NCBI GenBank assembly: GCA_963811105.1
Contig: CAWEPZ010000009.1
Coordinates: 256,001 to 320,000, forward strand
From: Candidatus Bathyarchaeota archaeon
Lineage (GTDB): Archaea > Thermoproteota > Bathyarchaeia > Bathyarchaeales > Bathycorpusculaceae
Direction of reading: 5' to 3'
DNA length: 64,000 bases
This document shows, in pieces, positions 31,168-41,369 of the stretch. Position numbers and translations under genes: made by a program. The first letter of the stretch is position 1; every line of letters begins with the position of its first letter. Below the pieces are notes generated by a model. It had not been told where the DNA came from. It did not search any database and worked only from the letters and a program-made list of their open reading frames with translations.

Positions 31168-31602
31168 TTGCAAGTTAATGACTCAAGCAAGGCCTCAACT
31201 AAGAATCAATATGAATCCAAACTGGAAGCTCAAAAGAAATTGGTTGAGGAACTTAAGGTTCAATGGAAACTTATGTGGAGCGAACGCTTTAATGATCATG
31301 AAAAAGCTGAAGGCGTCTCGGTAGCTGACTATACATCCTTAAGTGTAGATCGTGGCACAGTCATACACGCGACTAGAGATTTTAAAGCCTTAAGTTTTAA
31401 GGAGATTGTAAAGCAACAAATAATTGACAACCCCGACCGTTTCCTTCAACCTGACAATCATGAAGGCGGCTGGAACAAATTTATAAAAACAAAAATCACC
31501 AACAATCCCACCAAAAGCAGGCGTGCTGAAAGTTATATTCCTGTCAAAAATGTCGGTCAACAGCCTAAGAAAGGTGGGCGTGGCTGGCTTCATTCAGTTT
31601 AA
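31168..31602 (+). CDS. Hypothetical protein
   Basis: 144-aa ORF with protein-like composition; ends KKGGRGWLH. Confidence 0.65.
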   Translation: MQVNDSSKASTKNQYESKLEAQKKLVEELKVQWKLMWSERFNDHEKAEGVSVADYTSLSVDRGTVIHATRDFKALSFKEIVKQQIIDNPDRFLQPDNHEGGWNKFIKTKITNNPTKSRRAESYIPVKNVGQQPKKGGRGWLHSV

Positions 31603-31749
31603 TTATGTTTTACTTGCCTTAATTCGTTTTTAAATTCCTCTCAATTCTGTTTTTGAAGCTTGAAAAAGGCATGTTAGAATAAATTGGGGGTGAGTTCGTA
31701 TTATTACTGATAACAACGTTTATTAAAACTTGCTACTCACGATTGTTTT

Positions 31750-32193
31750 ATGGTCGAGATAAAAGTTCCAATCACCGCAGGGTTATCACTGCTTGTTACA
31801 ATCTCCCCTCACATTCGTAATCGTAGGATTACTTGCGCAATAAAAATTATTTCCTGCCATCGGAGTCTTTTGCTCGCCAGATGTCAGCATTTTTAATAAT
31901 ACCCCAGCAACCGTACTTGCACGTCCATTAATTGGGGGTCTCTTAAAGCCGGTACCAATGCACTAATACGATCTGTGTGAAAATACAGGCATTTTGACTG
32001 AGATCATCAACATGGAAACTTCAAATTGGAATCCATCAGAGATAGCACTATACTAACTCTAACATGGTACCGAGAAGGCAGCTTACTCCCTGAAGGTTCA
32101 GTTATCCCTGCAAAACTAACACTTGCTGCAGCTGCAGAGATTGGAAAAGTAACCAGCTATGATTTTGACATTACCGTTAAGGGCTCAACTTAA
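31750..32193 (+). pseudogene. Decayed small secreted beta-sandwich protein, resembling the element gene at 55522-56055
   Basis: Fragments: signal peptide; CTSINWGSLKAGT; VKNTG; METSNWNPS; LTLTWYREGS.LPEGSVIPAKLTL...YDFDITVKGST*. Frameshifts and stops present. Confidence 0.65.
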
Positions 32194-32379
32194 TCCCCAA
32201 GAAATAGGGGCTTCCCCAAATCAATTTTTCATATTCGATGAACCCTTTAAGCAAAACTTTTGATCGCGAGTTTTTTTCAGTTAAGAACTCTTCCTGAGCT
32301 TTTCGAACGCAAATTTGGCGTTTGAGCGTTGACTTTAATAGGTTCTTTGGATATTTGCGTGTGGCTGAGAGGTTTTCGT

Positions 32380-33153
32380 ACGTTTGCGATCGGTCATTTT
32401 GCCTTAGGCTACATACTCGGGAAAGGATCATCAAAGCTTGCCAAGGTTAAAGTGAATTTGCCTCTTTTGTTTGCGGCTTCAGTTCTGCCAGATGTTGATT
32501 TGTTACTGCTGTTCCTGATGCACCGAGGTCCAACACATTCATTGCTAACAATGTCGGTCTTGATGATTCCGTTTTTTATTATATATGGCAAAAAAGCTAT
32601 TCCATATTTTGCAGCTTTACTTTCACACGTTTTAATAGGCGACTTCTTCACAGGAGGAGTCCAGCTTTTCTGGCCACTTTCTCACACTGAGTTTGGAATA
32701 CTAAACCTTCAGGTATCAAGCTTAACTAGCGTGATTACGGAACTTGTGCTTTTCTTAATAACAATACCAATTATGTACAAGCTCGGCGATTTGCAAAATT
32801 TCCAAAAGCCATACAACAAGAATTGGGCTCTAATAATCCCATTAGGTGCGGTTATTGGGCCCTTGATCTCGGCTGGTCGAGGAGAAGAAAATTCTCTTCC
32901 AAGTATCCTGATAGTTCCCAGCTTGTTCTATATTGGTCTCTTCACTTACTCCATGTTTATTTGGCTCAGAGCTAGACATAATTATAACAAAGAAAAACTA
33001 CAAACTAACAAACTCAGGTCCGAGAATGTTGAACCGACGATGTGGAGAATATCCACTGCATTATTTAGGAAGTTCATATTGTCCTCGGCACACGGAAAGA
33101 CGAAAGAAGCAACAATTTCTACTCAAATATTAGATCAAAACGCACCGACATAA
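32380..33153 (+). CDS. Membrane-bound metal-dependent hydrolase (YdjM-like); probable ACG start
   Basis: FAIGH, LPDVD, HRGPTHS, SHVLIGD, LFWP motifs. SD GAGAGGT lies 6 nt before ACG 32380. Confidence 0.85.
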   Translation, partial: TFAIGHFALGYILGKGSSKLAKVKVNLPLLFAASVLPDVDLLLLFLMHRGPTHSLLTMSVLMIPFFIIYGKKAIPYFAALLSHVLIGDFFTGGVQLFWPLSHTEFGILNLQVSSLTSVITELVLFLITIPIMYKLGDLQNFQKPYNKNWALIIPLGAVIGPLISAGRGEENSLPSILIVPSLFYIGLFTYSMFIWLRARHNYNKEKLQTNKLRSENVEPTMWRISTALFRKFILSSAHGKTKEATISTQILDQNAPT

Positions 33154-33489
33154 TTTCGGATATTTTTGTTAGAACGATTGTACCCAAATTATGTTGCTAT
33201 TTTAAGAAAAGTGCTAATTTTTGGAAAACAAAAAAAGCGACAAATACGTTTGTAAAGATTATGGGTTAGTGATCTTTGGTTGAGGAACCGTGCGGATGCT
33301 AACAATTCGAAATAGTCCTCTTCGGCGAACCAATGAAACCAGAAAGAGAGCAAAAGGCAAAACCGAAAGCCACCCCTAAATCAAGCCCAAAAACCAAGTA
33401 GATAGTCCTTAGACATTCTTCACCCCTCTCTTATTGTGCTTGCATTCTTTTCAAGAACAGAATTACGAGAGAAAAGAAAATGGAGGAAA

Positions 33490-34458
33490 TCACGTTGCAA
33501 GCATTTCCGCTACTTTCAGCATACGCAAATCTATTGTTTTCTTTCCATTGGCTGCCTTATCAAGCTCATAACCCACAATCTTACCGCTCTGCAATCCAAC
33601 TGCCATGTTGTCCCTGTCATCGCAAATTAATTCGACCGCTTTCTCAGCGAATAAGCTCGCTAGCAACCTGCTGCGTGCTGTGGGGCTTCCGCCCCGCTGT
33701 GCATATCCAAGAATAGAAAGTCTAACTTCGGATTTTGTCTGCTGCTGCATTTCTAGAGCTAGTTTGCTCGTGCTACCACAGCCTTCTGCCGCAACAATTA
33801 TTCCCGCTTTTTTACCTTTTTTTGCGTTTTCATCCATTAGTCGTACGATGTCTTTCAAATCCATGGGCTTCTCAGGAATCAAAATCACTTCCGCTCCAAC
33901 ACATATGCCTACTTCCAAAGCTAAGAACCCCCTTTTTCGCCCCATTACTTCCACAATGAATATTCTTTCATGAGAAATTGCTGTATCTCTAATCTTGTCA
34001 ATGGTGTCGACAGCTGTGTTTACAGCGGTGTCGAACCCGATTGTTTCATCTGTTCCGTAAACATCATTGTCAATTGTGGCGGGTACTCCAGCCATTAATG
34101 TATCACTTTCCCTGCTTAGGTCTATAGCACCTCTGAATGAGCCATCGCCTCCGATAACCACCAATGCATCTACATTGTTTATGGATAATGTTTCGGTTGC
34201 TTTTTCGACGCTGCCTTCTTCTTCAAAGCTCGGGCATCGCTGTGTGTGAAGTATAGTGCCGCCTAACTGGACTATCCCGCCAACATTGCGCGGAGTTAAC
34301 CTTCTAAATGAATTAGTTAATAATCCATCCCACCCTCTTTGGAACCCAAAGACTTGAAAACCCTTTGCGTAACCCACACGGGTTACTGCTCGAATGGCAG
34401 CGTTCATACCTGGAGCATCTCCGCCTGAAGTCACGATACCAATAGTTTTCGTCATCAA
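33490..34458 (-). CDS. pfkA: ATP-dependent 6-phosphofructokinase (PfkA family)
   Basis: TSGGDAPGMN, GGT, GGDGS, PATIDND, EVMGR, LGYAQRGG. Confidence 0.95.
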   Translation of the reverse strand: MMTKTIGIVTSGGDAPGMNAAIRAVTRVGYAKGFQVFGFQRGWDGLLTNSFRRLTPRNVGGIVQLGGTILHTQRCPSFEEEGSVEKATETLSINNVDALVVIGGDGSFRGAIDLSRESDTLMAGVPATIDNDVYGTDETIGFDTAVNTAVDTIDKIRDTAISHERIFIVEVMGRKRGFLALEVGICVGAEVILIPEKPMDLKDIVRLMDENAKKGKKAGIIVAAEGCGSTSKLALEMQQQTKSEVRLSILGYAQRGGSPTARSRLLASLFAEKAVELICDDRDNMAVGLQSGKIVGYELDKAANGKKTIDLRMLKVAEMLAT

Positions 34459-34612
34459 ATATGCCCCTTATCTCTGAGGAGCGAAGCAATTTTTAGCATA
34501 AAAATCTATCTAAACAGTCTTACCATGAGATTAAAATGTTTAGTATGAACAGACAAAGAGGAAACACTGCCAAAAAACATAAATTGCTTGGTCTAATCTT
34601 TATGGACTTTGT

Positions 34613-34766
34613 CGGGAGGTAGCTCAGCCTGGCAGAGCTCTCGAATCGGCTAACATGCTTAGCTGGTGGAGAAGCTGTAGAGGTCTACCCATGGTGGGCT
34701 TCATTCTAGCCTGTCTAGGCCACAGATACCGAGCCGTCGCAGGTTCAAATCCTGCTCTCCCGACCA
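34613..34766 (+). tRNA. tRNA-Tyr(GTA) with two introns (34644-34673 at 30/31; 34681-34727 at 37/38); CCA encoded
   Basis: Acceptor CGGGAGG/TCTCCCG (C1:G72, A73 Tyr identity); D arm GCTC/GAGC; spliced anticodon arm CTCGG-CTGTAGA-CCGAG; T arm GCAGG-TTCAAAT-CCTGC; both introns form bulge-helix-bulge motifs. Confidence 0.93.
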
Positions 34767-34978
34767 TCTTAAACTTTAAAAACGCTCATCTTGAACAGGT
34801 TTTAGCTTTTTAGATCTTATGAATGCTATGCCAAAGGGATAAGACTCAGAATATTGCTTTTTAGTTGCTGTGCAAAGCTTCTCTTAAATAAAATATCTTC
34901 CTATCTTTAGTTCCAGGCTTCCCTGATTCTTTAGGCAATTCTAAAACAAGTCGAGTGGTGACTCTTCACGAAAAGTGA

Positions 34979-35692
34979 TCAGATTCCTTTGTTTCCGTAT
35001 TGGTTTTTATGTGTGAAGTCTTCAATGTCTCGTCGTACCCTGAGGTATTTGCTGGCACCATGCGGATATCCTAAGCGGCAAGTGTAAGCGATTTTCATGT
35101 ATTCTGGAACGCCAAGAAGCTTCTTTATCTCTGTTTCGACAGGCGGGGCAGAGAAAGCGCTTAGGACATGTAAACTAATGCCTAAGGACTGCGCCAAAAG
35201 CCACATGTTCTCCAATAGGCAACCTAAGCTTATGAAGCCTAAAACATCTCCATGGGAAGCAGGAGCCCTCTTCCTGGAATCATAAACGACAATTAGGAGT
35301 GTTGGGCTTCCTCGGATGGACTGGGTTAGTGGCATAGGTTCGGATTTCTCGGCGGCTTGAGCTATTTTCTTTGGGTCAACCCAATTGGGCGGAAACGTTG
35401 TACCCAGAATTCCTGTTTTCTTTTTGAAAAGTTCCTCTTTTGAGAAGGAAAGTTGCTCGTAATTCTCTCGTAGGAATTCTTCGGATATGCATGATTTGAT
35501 GTTTCCTATCCTTTCTAAAACTGCTCCGTCATCCACGACGATTATGTCGAAGTTTTGCATGTTATGTGCAGTTGGAGTCCATCTTGCAGCTTCTAAAATC
35601 CTCGACAAGTTCTCTTTTGATATTGGCTTGTTGGGGTTAAAGGGTACTCGTGAGGATTGTCGTTCTTCAATAATCTTTAGGATTTCACTCAT
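34979..35692 (-). CDS. Nitroreductase family protein
   Basis: RQSSR, ILEAARWTPTAHNMQ, ENMWLLAQSLG, LGYP. Confidence 0.9.
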   Translation of the reverse strand: MSEILKIIEERQSSRVPFNPNKPISKENLSRILEAARWTPTAHNMQNFDIIVVDDGAVLERIGNIKSCISEEFLRENYEQLSFSKEELFKKKTGILGTTFPPNWVDPKKIAQAAEKSEPMPLTQSIRGSPTLLIVVYDSRKRAPASHGDVLGFISLGCLLENMWLLAQSLGISLHVLSAFSAPPVETEIKKLLGVPEYMKIAYTCRLGYPHGASKYLRVRRDIEDFTHKNQYGNKGI

Positions 35693-35755
35693 GTTTAAGC
35701 CTCACTCAACTTTAAGACTGCTCGGAAATGAACCTTTGCCACCATGATAGGGAAG

Positions 35756-35947
35756 TTACTTCTTTTTGGTGTGTAACAAAACCAGACTTGCGACAATAGC
35801 TACAATGAATAGGAAAACCGAAGCAACAAAAGGACCCCCAATCCCAGCCACATAAGTTGTTCCAGCCCAAAAAAGCCCAACCGAAACAACAATAACAAAA
35901 ATCCATATAAAAGAAATAATCAAATTTACGCTTTCCACTATGTGCAC
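35756..35947 (-). CDS. Small two-TM membrane protein
   Basis: Two hydrophobic helices, basic tail, AGGTG SD upstream. Confidence 0.55.
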   Translation of the reverse strand: MHIVESVNLIISFIWIFVIVVSVGLFWAGTTYVAGIGGPFVASVFLFIVAIVASLVLLHTKKK

Positions 35948-36759
35948 CTTAATATGCTTTTTTAAGTCTGGTTGGATTTTAACATTCTGGTCTTAGCCAA
36001 TGAAATGCGTTTTCCCGCAAAATATAGAAATAAAAAAAAGACTGCTACCAAAAAAATACATGAAAAAACAGGCGTTGACTTTTGGTCACTAATTATTTGG
36101 TTTTTTTGCAGCAATTGAGAAGTAACTAAAACTTGAAATGAAACATCCAATCAGAAGACAGAGTTAATTGTATGCTTTCATCCCAAAAAAAAATTCTCGA
36201 CACCTAAGACAAGCATACCCAAAAACATCAGCAAGATTCAAGCTTTCGTATACTTTGACATATTTCTTAGGCTAACCATACCTAATGAGCACATGATTAA
36301 TCATATTATTTTTATATGTTCTAAGGAATAGGCGGTTCATTAAATGTTTTAATTAGAATTCGTTTGATAACTATCTTTATTCGTTTTCGGAGAACTATTA
36401 TTAATTTCATTTATTGAATTTGCTGTCACAATTTTTTTTCTCGCATATTACTTGCAATTGAGCGGCACTCCTGTGAATCAACAATTAACGCTCTCACATT
36501 GTTTGTCTATACTACTACACAGTATTTGTTCATACTCTTTTTGGTTTCATAAAGAAACTTTTTTGCGATTTTAAAGAAAGCATATATCAAGTAAGAATCA
36601 AGTGATTCCTAATGTTTTTGATGCTCTTGACATAGGATGTTGCTACGGTACCACAAAAAAGTAAGAGTTGTTCTGTGTGTTGTAGTGTAGTAGCAGTCAC
36701 AAGAGTTTTTAAACAAAACAAATCATAACAAGCAAGTAAGCTATAAGGAGAATAAGAAA

Positions 36760-37548
36760 ATGCATAAAAAATCAACTATTTTTGTTTCGAGCTTGTTTAT
36801 TGCAATGCTATTACTTTCAACGTCAGCTCTTGTTTTTTCAAGCGTCCAAGCACAAGGAAACGCCACAGTCATAGTTACAGACGTAACCGGCGGCACAACA
36901 GATAATCCAGGAACTAGCACCTATGCCGATGGAACCTCTTTTACAATAACCGCCACACCAACTGATCAATATGCTTTCGTAGATTGGATAGTATCGACTG
37001 ATTCAGGCTCAACCAACTATTTTGACAACCCATTAACAATAACGCTAACTGGCGGAACGACCTACACAATACAACCAGACTTCCAGATAGCACTTGCTCC
37101 TCCAGGCGGAAATCTTCCACCCCCCAATACTAATGCAGCTATCGTCGTAGTCTTAGCAGCAGCAGGAGGAACATCAACACCTGCACCTGGCACATACGCA
37201 CTAGCCGACGCAACAAATATGAAGATAACGGCAACAGCAAACAGCGGCTGGCAATTCTCACACTGGACAATCTCCGGTGCACCGACAACACATGGAGGCT
37301 ACCCAGTAGACTTCACTCCAACAGACAACCCATACACAGTTGGCCACGGATACGGATACACATACTACTATCAACCAGTGTTCGATCAAGTTGGAAGCCC
37401 AGGTTCATCATCATCGGCGTCACCTTCATCTTCACCTGCAGGCATGGGCGGATTATCAACTGAAACATGGATCATCATTGCATTAGTCATCGTACTCATT
37501 GTAATGGCAATTGGCTTTGCGGCATATACGATGAGAAGTAAAAAATAG
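36760..37548 (+). CDS. Membrane-anchored surface protein with two InlB B-repeat/Flg_new-like domains
   Basis: Signal peptide; two GGT..P.PGT..Y.D...ITAT...F..W repeats; Ser-rich linker; C-terminal TM. Confidence 0.8.
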   Translation: MHKKSTIFVSSLFIAMLLLSTSALVFSSVQAQGNATVIVTDVTGGTTDNPGTSTYADGTSFTITATPTDQYAFVDWIVSTDSGSTNYFDNPLTITLTGGTTYTIQPDFQIALAPPGGNLPPPNTNAAIVVVLAAAGGTSTPAPGTYALADATNMKITATANSGWQFSHWTISGAPTTHGGYPVDFTPTDNPYTVGHGYGYTYYYQPVFDQVGSPGSSSSASPSSSPAGMGGLSTETWIIIALVIVLIVMAIGFAAYTMRSKK

Positions 37549-38263
37549 ACTTCCCCTCTTTTTTCTTTTTAATAATACGCAATAATATACTTCCTTAGAC
37601 TTTAGCATTCCGAAATGAGTTATTGATATCTAAAAAACTGAAACAATGTTTGGTGATCTAGCAAATAAAAAAAAGGAATTACTACTGAGTTTGTTGTTTT
37701 AGGAATAAGTTTCTTCTAAGAGTGAAAAATGAAGTTCGAAATATTGCAGGGAAAATAGTTATCCGTTTTGGGCAAATGCTTGCTCATTAACCGGAAAAAA
37801 TCCGCCTTTGACTTCTATTTACCCAATGCTGCGTTCTCTCGTACATGTTATATAATGCAATTTCTATTTCATTGGATTTTGGAGTTTGTAAAATTATTTA
37901 TATACTAAAAAAAGAAAAGAAAGTTGGTCGGTGAGAAACTGAGAAAAGTTCTTGGATAAGCAGTCGCAGTAGGAGTTAAGCCTTAAGTGAATGGTCCACC
38001 TGGTCTACTGTGTTGATGACAGTGTGAAGTGACCGTTGTTTTTTGTGTTAAAACTATCACTGAAGATATTATGAAGACGATTGCAATTAGAGTTGCCAAA
38101 GTCTTATCATAAAGTTTTTTCTTTGCATTTTCGCCTTAGTCTACTTTTGGAGACAAAATAATTGTTCCCAATGCGCTGCAGGTTAGTTTGAATTGCAATT
38201 ATAAAGAGGTGAGAACTTAACCTCGATGATATCATTCCAGTTGCTGAGCAATTTGAAGATGTG

Positions 38264-38749
38264 TTAAAGGTGCATTAACACGACTTCTCCAGGAGCAAAC
38301 CAAATATCCCTATAAAACTCAAACAGGCGCCAACCGAAAAGCCGCTATAATCCCAAGAAGTCTATTCTCTCAAAGCCTGCTTTACTCAGGGTCCCCAACG
38401 CTGCTTTGTTTCTTCTGTGCGTAGAAGCAAAAATCACATGGGAATCATCGTTTTTTAGACAATTTATGCTTGCATTTGTTAAGCTAATAGCGATACCTCG
38501 ACTTCGGTATGCAGGATGAACCGCAATCCACAATATGCAGCTGTACTTTTTTCCTCCAATATGAAAGTCAACAAGTTTAGCGAAGCCAACAACCTTTCCT
38601 GCTGTCTCACTCACAAGCACTATTCCTTCTTCACTTATGCTTTGAGCTGCGAAGAAACGGTATAACATTGGAAAAGACAGGTCTATAATTTGATTTACTT
38701 GGTTTTCGTCATTAATTGTCATTTGCCTTGTAATTAAGTCGGAGTTCAA
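38264..38749 (-). pseudogene. GNAT acetyltransferase interrupted by an in-frame TAG at 38345-38347
   Basis: IAVHPAYRSRGIA and N..A....K.GF motifs; the frame continues after TAG as RLFGWRLFEFYRDIWFAPGEVVLMHL*. Confidence 0.7.
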
Positions 38750-38819
38750 AGAAGCGGCTCCTATGTTAAATGAAAATGTGTAGATTGTTTATTAAACGGC
38801 TAAGGCAAAATAACGATTG

Positions 38820-39974
38820 CTATATTGGAATGGGCGGTGGAACTCTGGGTGGTGCTTCAGGTTTCTTATTACTGGAAAAGATTAGGCTTGTAGATTTGAC
38901 AATTTGGGGCACGCCTGCAAGGTCTTCAAATATTAGTAAACCGCGAGCCAGCAAAGCGAATACGCCTGCTATCGGAGCAGCAACTCCAAGAAGCCCAAAG
39001 ATTCCAACAATACCGAATTCTTGAACGCCTATGCCAGCTGGAGTTATCGGGACGAAGGCTAAGGCAGTTACCAAGGGGTGAATTAAGAAGTATGCAATCC
39101 AAGGTATCTGTGTGATTCCTAAAGCATAGCCTAAAAAGTACCATTCAAAACCTTTTATGATCCAGCATGCAAGGGTTAAGGTAACTATTTCTGGAATCGC
39201 TTTACTCGTGCTGTTTGCACTTAGTTTGTATTCTTCAAGTTTTCCCATTAATCCGCCGGTGAATCTTTTGAGGTACCGTGAGTTTGCAATTCGGTCAAAT
39301 ATTGAGATAGCTCGTTTGGACCATGTGAAAGCTGCAAGAATAATAGCTCCAGTCATCATTAAGATTATGCCGAGTATCGCAATTATTAATCCAATGTTTA
39401 CTCCTGCTATTTGAGTTGGAAATATAGTATTCCATGTTTGGGTGGGAACGAACTTTACTAAGAAAATTACTGCGCCTACTCCGCCGATTACTTTGATTAG
39501 AAATTCAAATGTTTGAATGCCAAGGATGCTTGAGAGACTCTTTGATGTTGGCACATCTTGATCCCTTAAGTAAACTGGTGTGAGAATGTAGCCTGAACGC
39601 CCTGGTGTCACGTCGCTGGTTAGCATGCCAGCATACTGGGCAAGCAATGTTTTACCAAATGAGGTTTTTACTCCGTTTTTACTAAGCACACGTCTTAGCC
39701 GTACGGCGAAAAGAACGTTTATTCCAAAGTACATCAGAAAGGCAAGGAGCAGATATTCAATTTTAATTGTAAGAATTGTGGTGTAGATATAGTCTACTCC
39801 TTTTAGAATTGTGGCTTCTCCAGGTTTAAAGTCCACTGGAACAGTTGTTCCAATATAATATAGTAGCCCGGCTAAAATCGCCACCATGAAGATTACTTCA
39901 AGGGTAATCTTTAGGATTTGCCTATAACGAGGTGCTTTCTGTTTCTGTTTGCTTGGACTATCTGCTGAAGTCAA
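38820..39974 (-). CDS. UPF0104/lysylphosphatidylglycerol-synthase TM (flippase-like) protein
   Basis: Multi-TM; TPGRSG and PITPAGIGVQE motifs. Confidence 0.85.
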   Translation of the reverse strand: MTSADSPSKQKQKAPRYRQILKITLEVIFMVAILAGLLYYIGTTVPVDFKPGEATILKGVDYIYTTILTIKIEYLLLAFLMYFGINVLFAVRLRRVLSKNGVKTSFGKTLLAQYAGMLTSDVTPGRSGYILTPVYLRDQDVPTSKSLSSILGIQTFEFLIKVIGGVGAVIFLVKFVPTQTWNTIFPTQIAGVNIGLIIAILGIILMMTGAIILAAFTWSKRAISIFDRIANSRYLKRFTGGLMGKLEEYKLSANSTSKAIPEIVTLTLACWIIKGFEWYFLGYALGITQIPWIAYFLIHPLVTALAFVPITPAGIGVQEFGIVGIFGLLGVAAPIAGVFALLARGLLIFEDLAGVPQIVKSTSLIFSSNKKPEAPPRVPPPIPI

Positions 39975-40063
39975 GGTGCTTCAACCATATGTTTTGACGG
40001 TTAAATCTCTTACGGAAGTTTGCATGTAATCCTAAAAATATTTTGGTGACATATTTAATGGCT

Positions 40064-40261
40064 TTATGGTCTTACGCATTCGGCTTTTGGTTTATACGAA
40101 CGCTTCGTTGTTCTTCTCCGCTCATGCAGCTTACATTCACTGACTCGAGTAAGCATCCAGGCTTTATCTTGGTAAATGCACCCACATGGCAACTTAACTG
40201 TTTTTTGCTCTGTAGCTTTTTCAACGGTCTTTTTGGTTTCAGCCATTTTTTTGCCAGCCAA
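40064..40261 (-). CDS. Small basic Cys/His protein
   Basis: LPCGC...CKLH metal-binding pattern. Confidence 0.45.
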   Translation of the reverse strand: MAGKKMAETKKTVEKATEQKTVKLPCGCIYQDKAWMLTRVSECKLHERRRTTKRSYKPKAECVRP

Positions 40262-40671
40262 TAATATGAAGTAGGGAACAATTAGTAATTAACTTAACCT
40301 AAAAATTAACAAAAAACAGTAGATAGATTTTCCCATAGTTTGCAAGCTACTGTAGAGAGATTAGTTATGCCTATTTTGTTGTGGTTGCAAAAGTCCGTTC
40401 TGACATCAAAGTTGCCCAAGCCTCGATTGCTCCATAGTTTTTGCAACTGCTACATAGGCATTCAAAGAAAAACAGCAAAACAAGAACCAAATTACACAAG
40501 CCAAAAAGCTACTTTGGAAGTGAGTTTAACTTTATTCTCCTTCCAACAATTAATGTAGCTTCTCCAACTAAAATGAAGAATCGAGTAAACGAAAAAAAGG
40601 ATAAGCGAAACACTTAAGTGCAAAGAGCTTGTAGTTTTGTTTTAGAAATTACGAATAGGATGTAGAATCAA

Positions 40672-41235
40672 TTGGCTGTTGAAGGTTTTTTCGAAAACAA
40701 AAAGACACCAGTAGAAGCAAAAGTCGGAGACTTAACCCCACAATCTAAAGCGGTTAACGTTACGGCCAAAGTAGTATCCAAAACAGAAGTTCGAGAAATC
40801 CCAATGGGTCGAGATGGGTCTGCACACAAAGTAAGTGATGCGCTCGTCGGAGACGAAACAGGAGTAGTTTACCTGACACTTTGGGACGATAATATCGAAA
40901 AAGTAAACGAGGGAGACACCGTCCGCGTAGAAAACGGCTACGTAACTCTATTCAAAGGCAACATACGACTAAACATCGGCAAATATGGCAAGCTTGAACC
41001 AGCAAAAGAACCACTCGCGGTAGAAGTAAATACAGAAAATAATGTATCCAGTAAAGCATACGAACAAGAAAGAAGACCTTTCAGAGGCGGAAGAGGCGGC
41101 GGAGGATACGGCGGCGGAAGAGATAGACGTGGCGGCGGAGGATACGGCGGCGGCGGAGGCGGTTACGGTGGCGGTCGAGATAGAGATCGTCGCGGTGGCG
41201 GCGGAAGCGGCGGCGGTTATAGACCAAGATACTAA
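40672..41235 (+). CDS. ssb: Single-stranded DNA-binding protein (single OB fold, Gly/Arg-rich tail)
   Basis: VGDETG...TLW and V.NGYV..FKG...LN.GKYG; RGG tail. Confidence 0.9.
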   Translation: MAVEGFFENKKTPVEAKVGDLTPQSKAVNVTAKVVSKTEVREIPMGRDGSAHKVSDALVGDETGVVYLTLWDDNIEKVNEGDTVRVENGYVTLFKGNIRLNIGKYGKLEPAKEPLAVEVNTENNVSSKAYEQERRPFRGGRGGGGYGGGRDRRGGGGYGGGGGGYGGGRDRDRRGGGGSGGGYRPRY

Positions 41236-41369
41236 GCTTCAAGCTTTGAAATAAGATCAATTTTCTTTTTTTGCTTTTTTCAATTTTAAGTTAAAGTTAT
41301 GCATGCCTTCTTGGAAACGCTTAAAACAGTCAGTTGATACTGTAGCGCTTGAATAGGAGAAATGGTCTT

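Noticed and set aside
33276-33401. Short frame MVEEPCGC*QFEIVLFG... suggesting selenocysteine read-through
   Set aside because: The internal stop is TAA, not TGA, and there is no SECIS evidence.
38345-38347. Genome-wide TAG recoding
   Set aside because: dnaG, polB, herA, trm1, glyS and endA all end normally at TAG.
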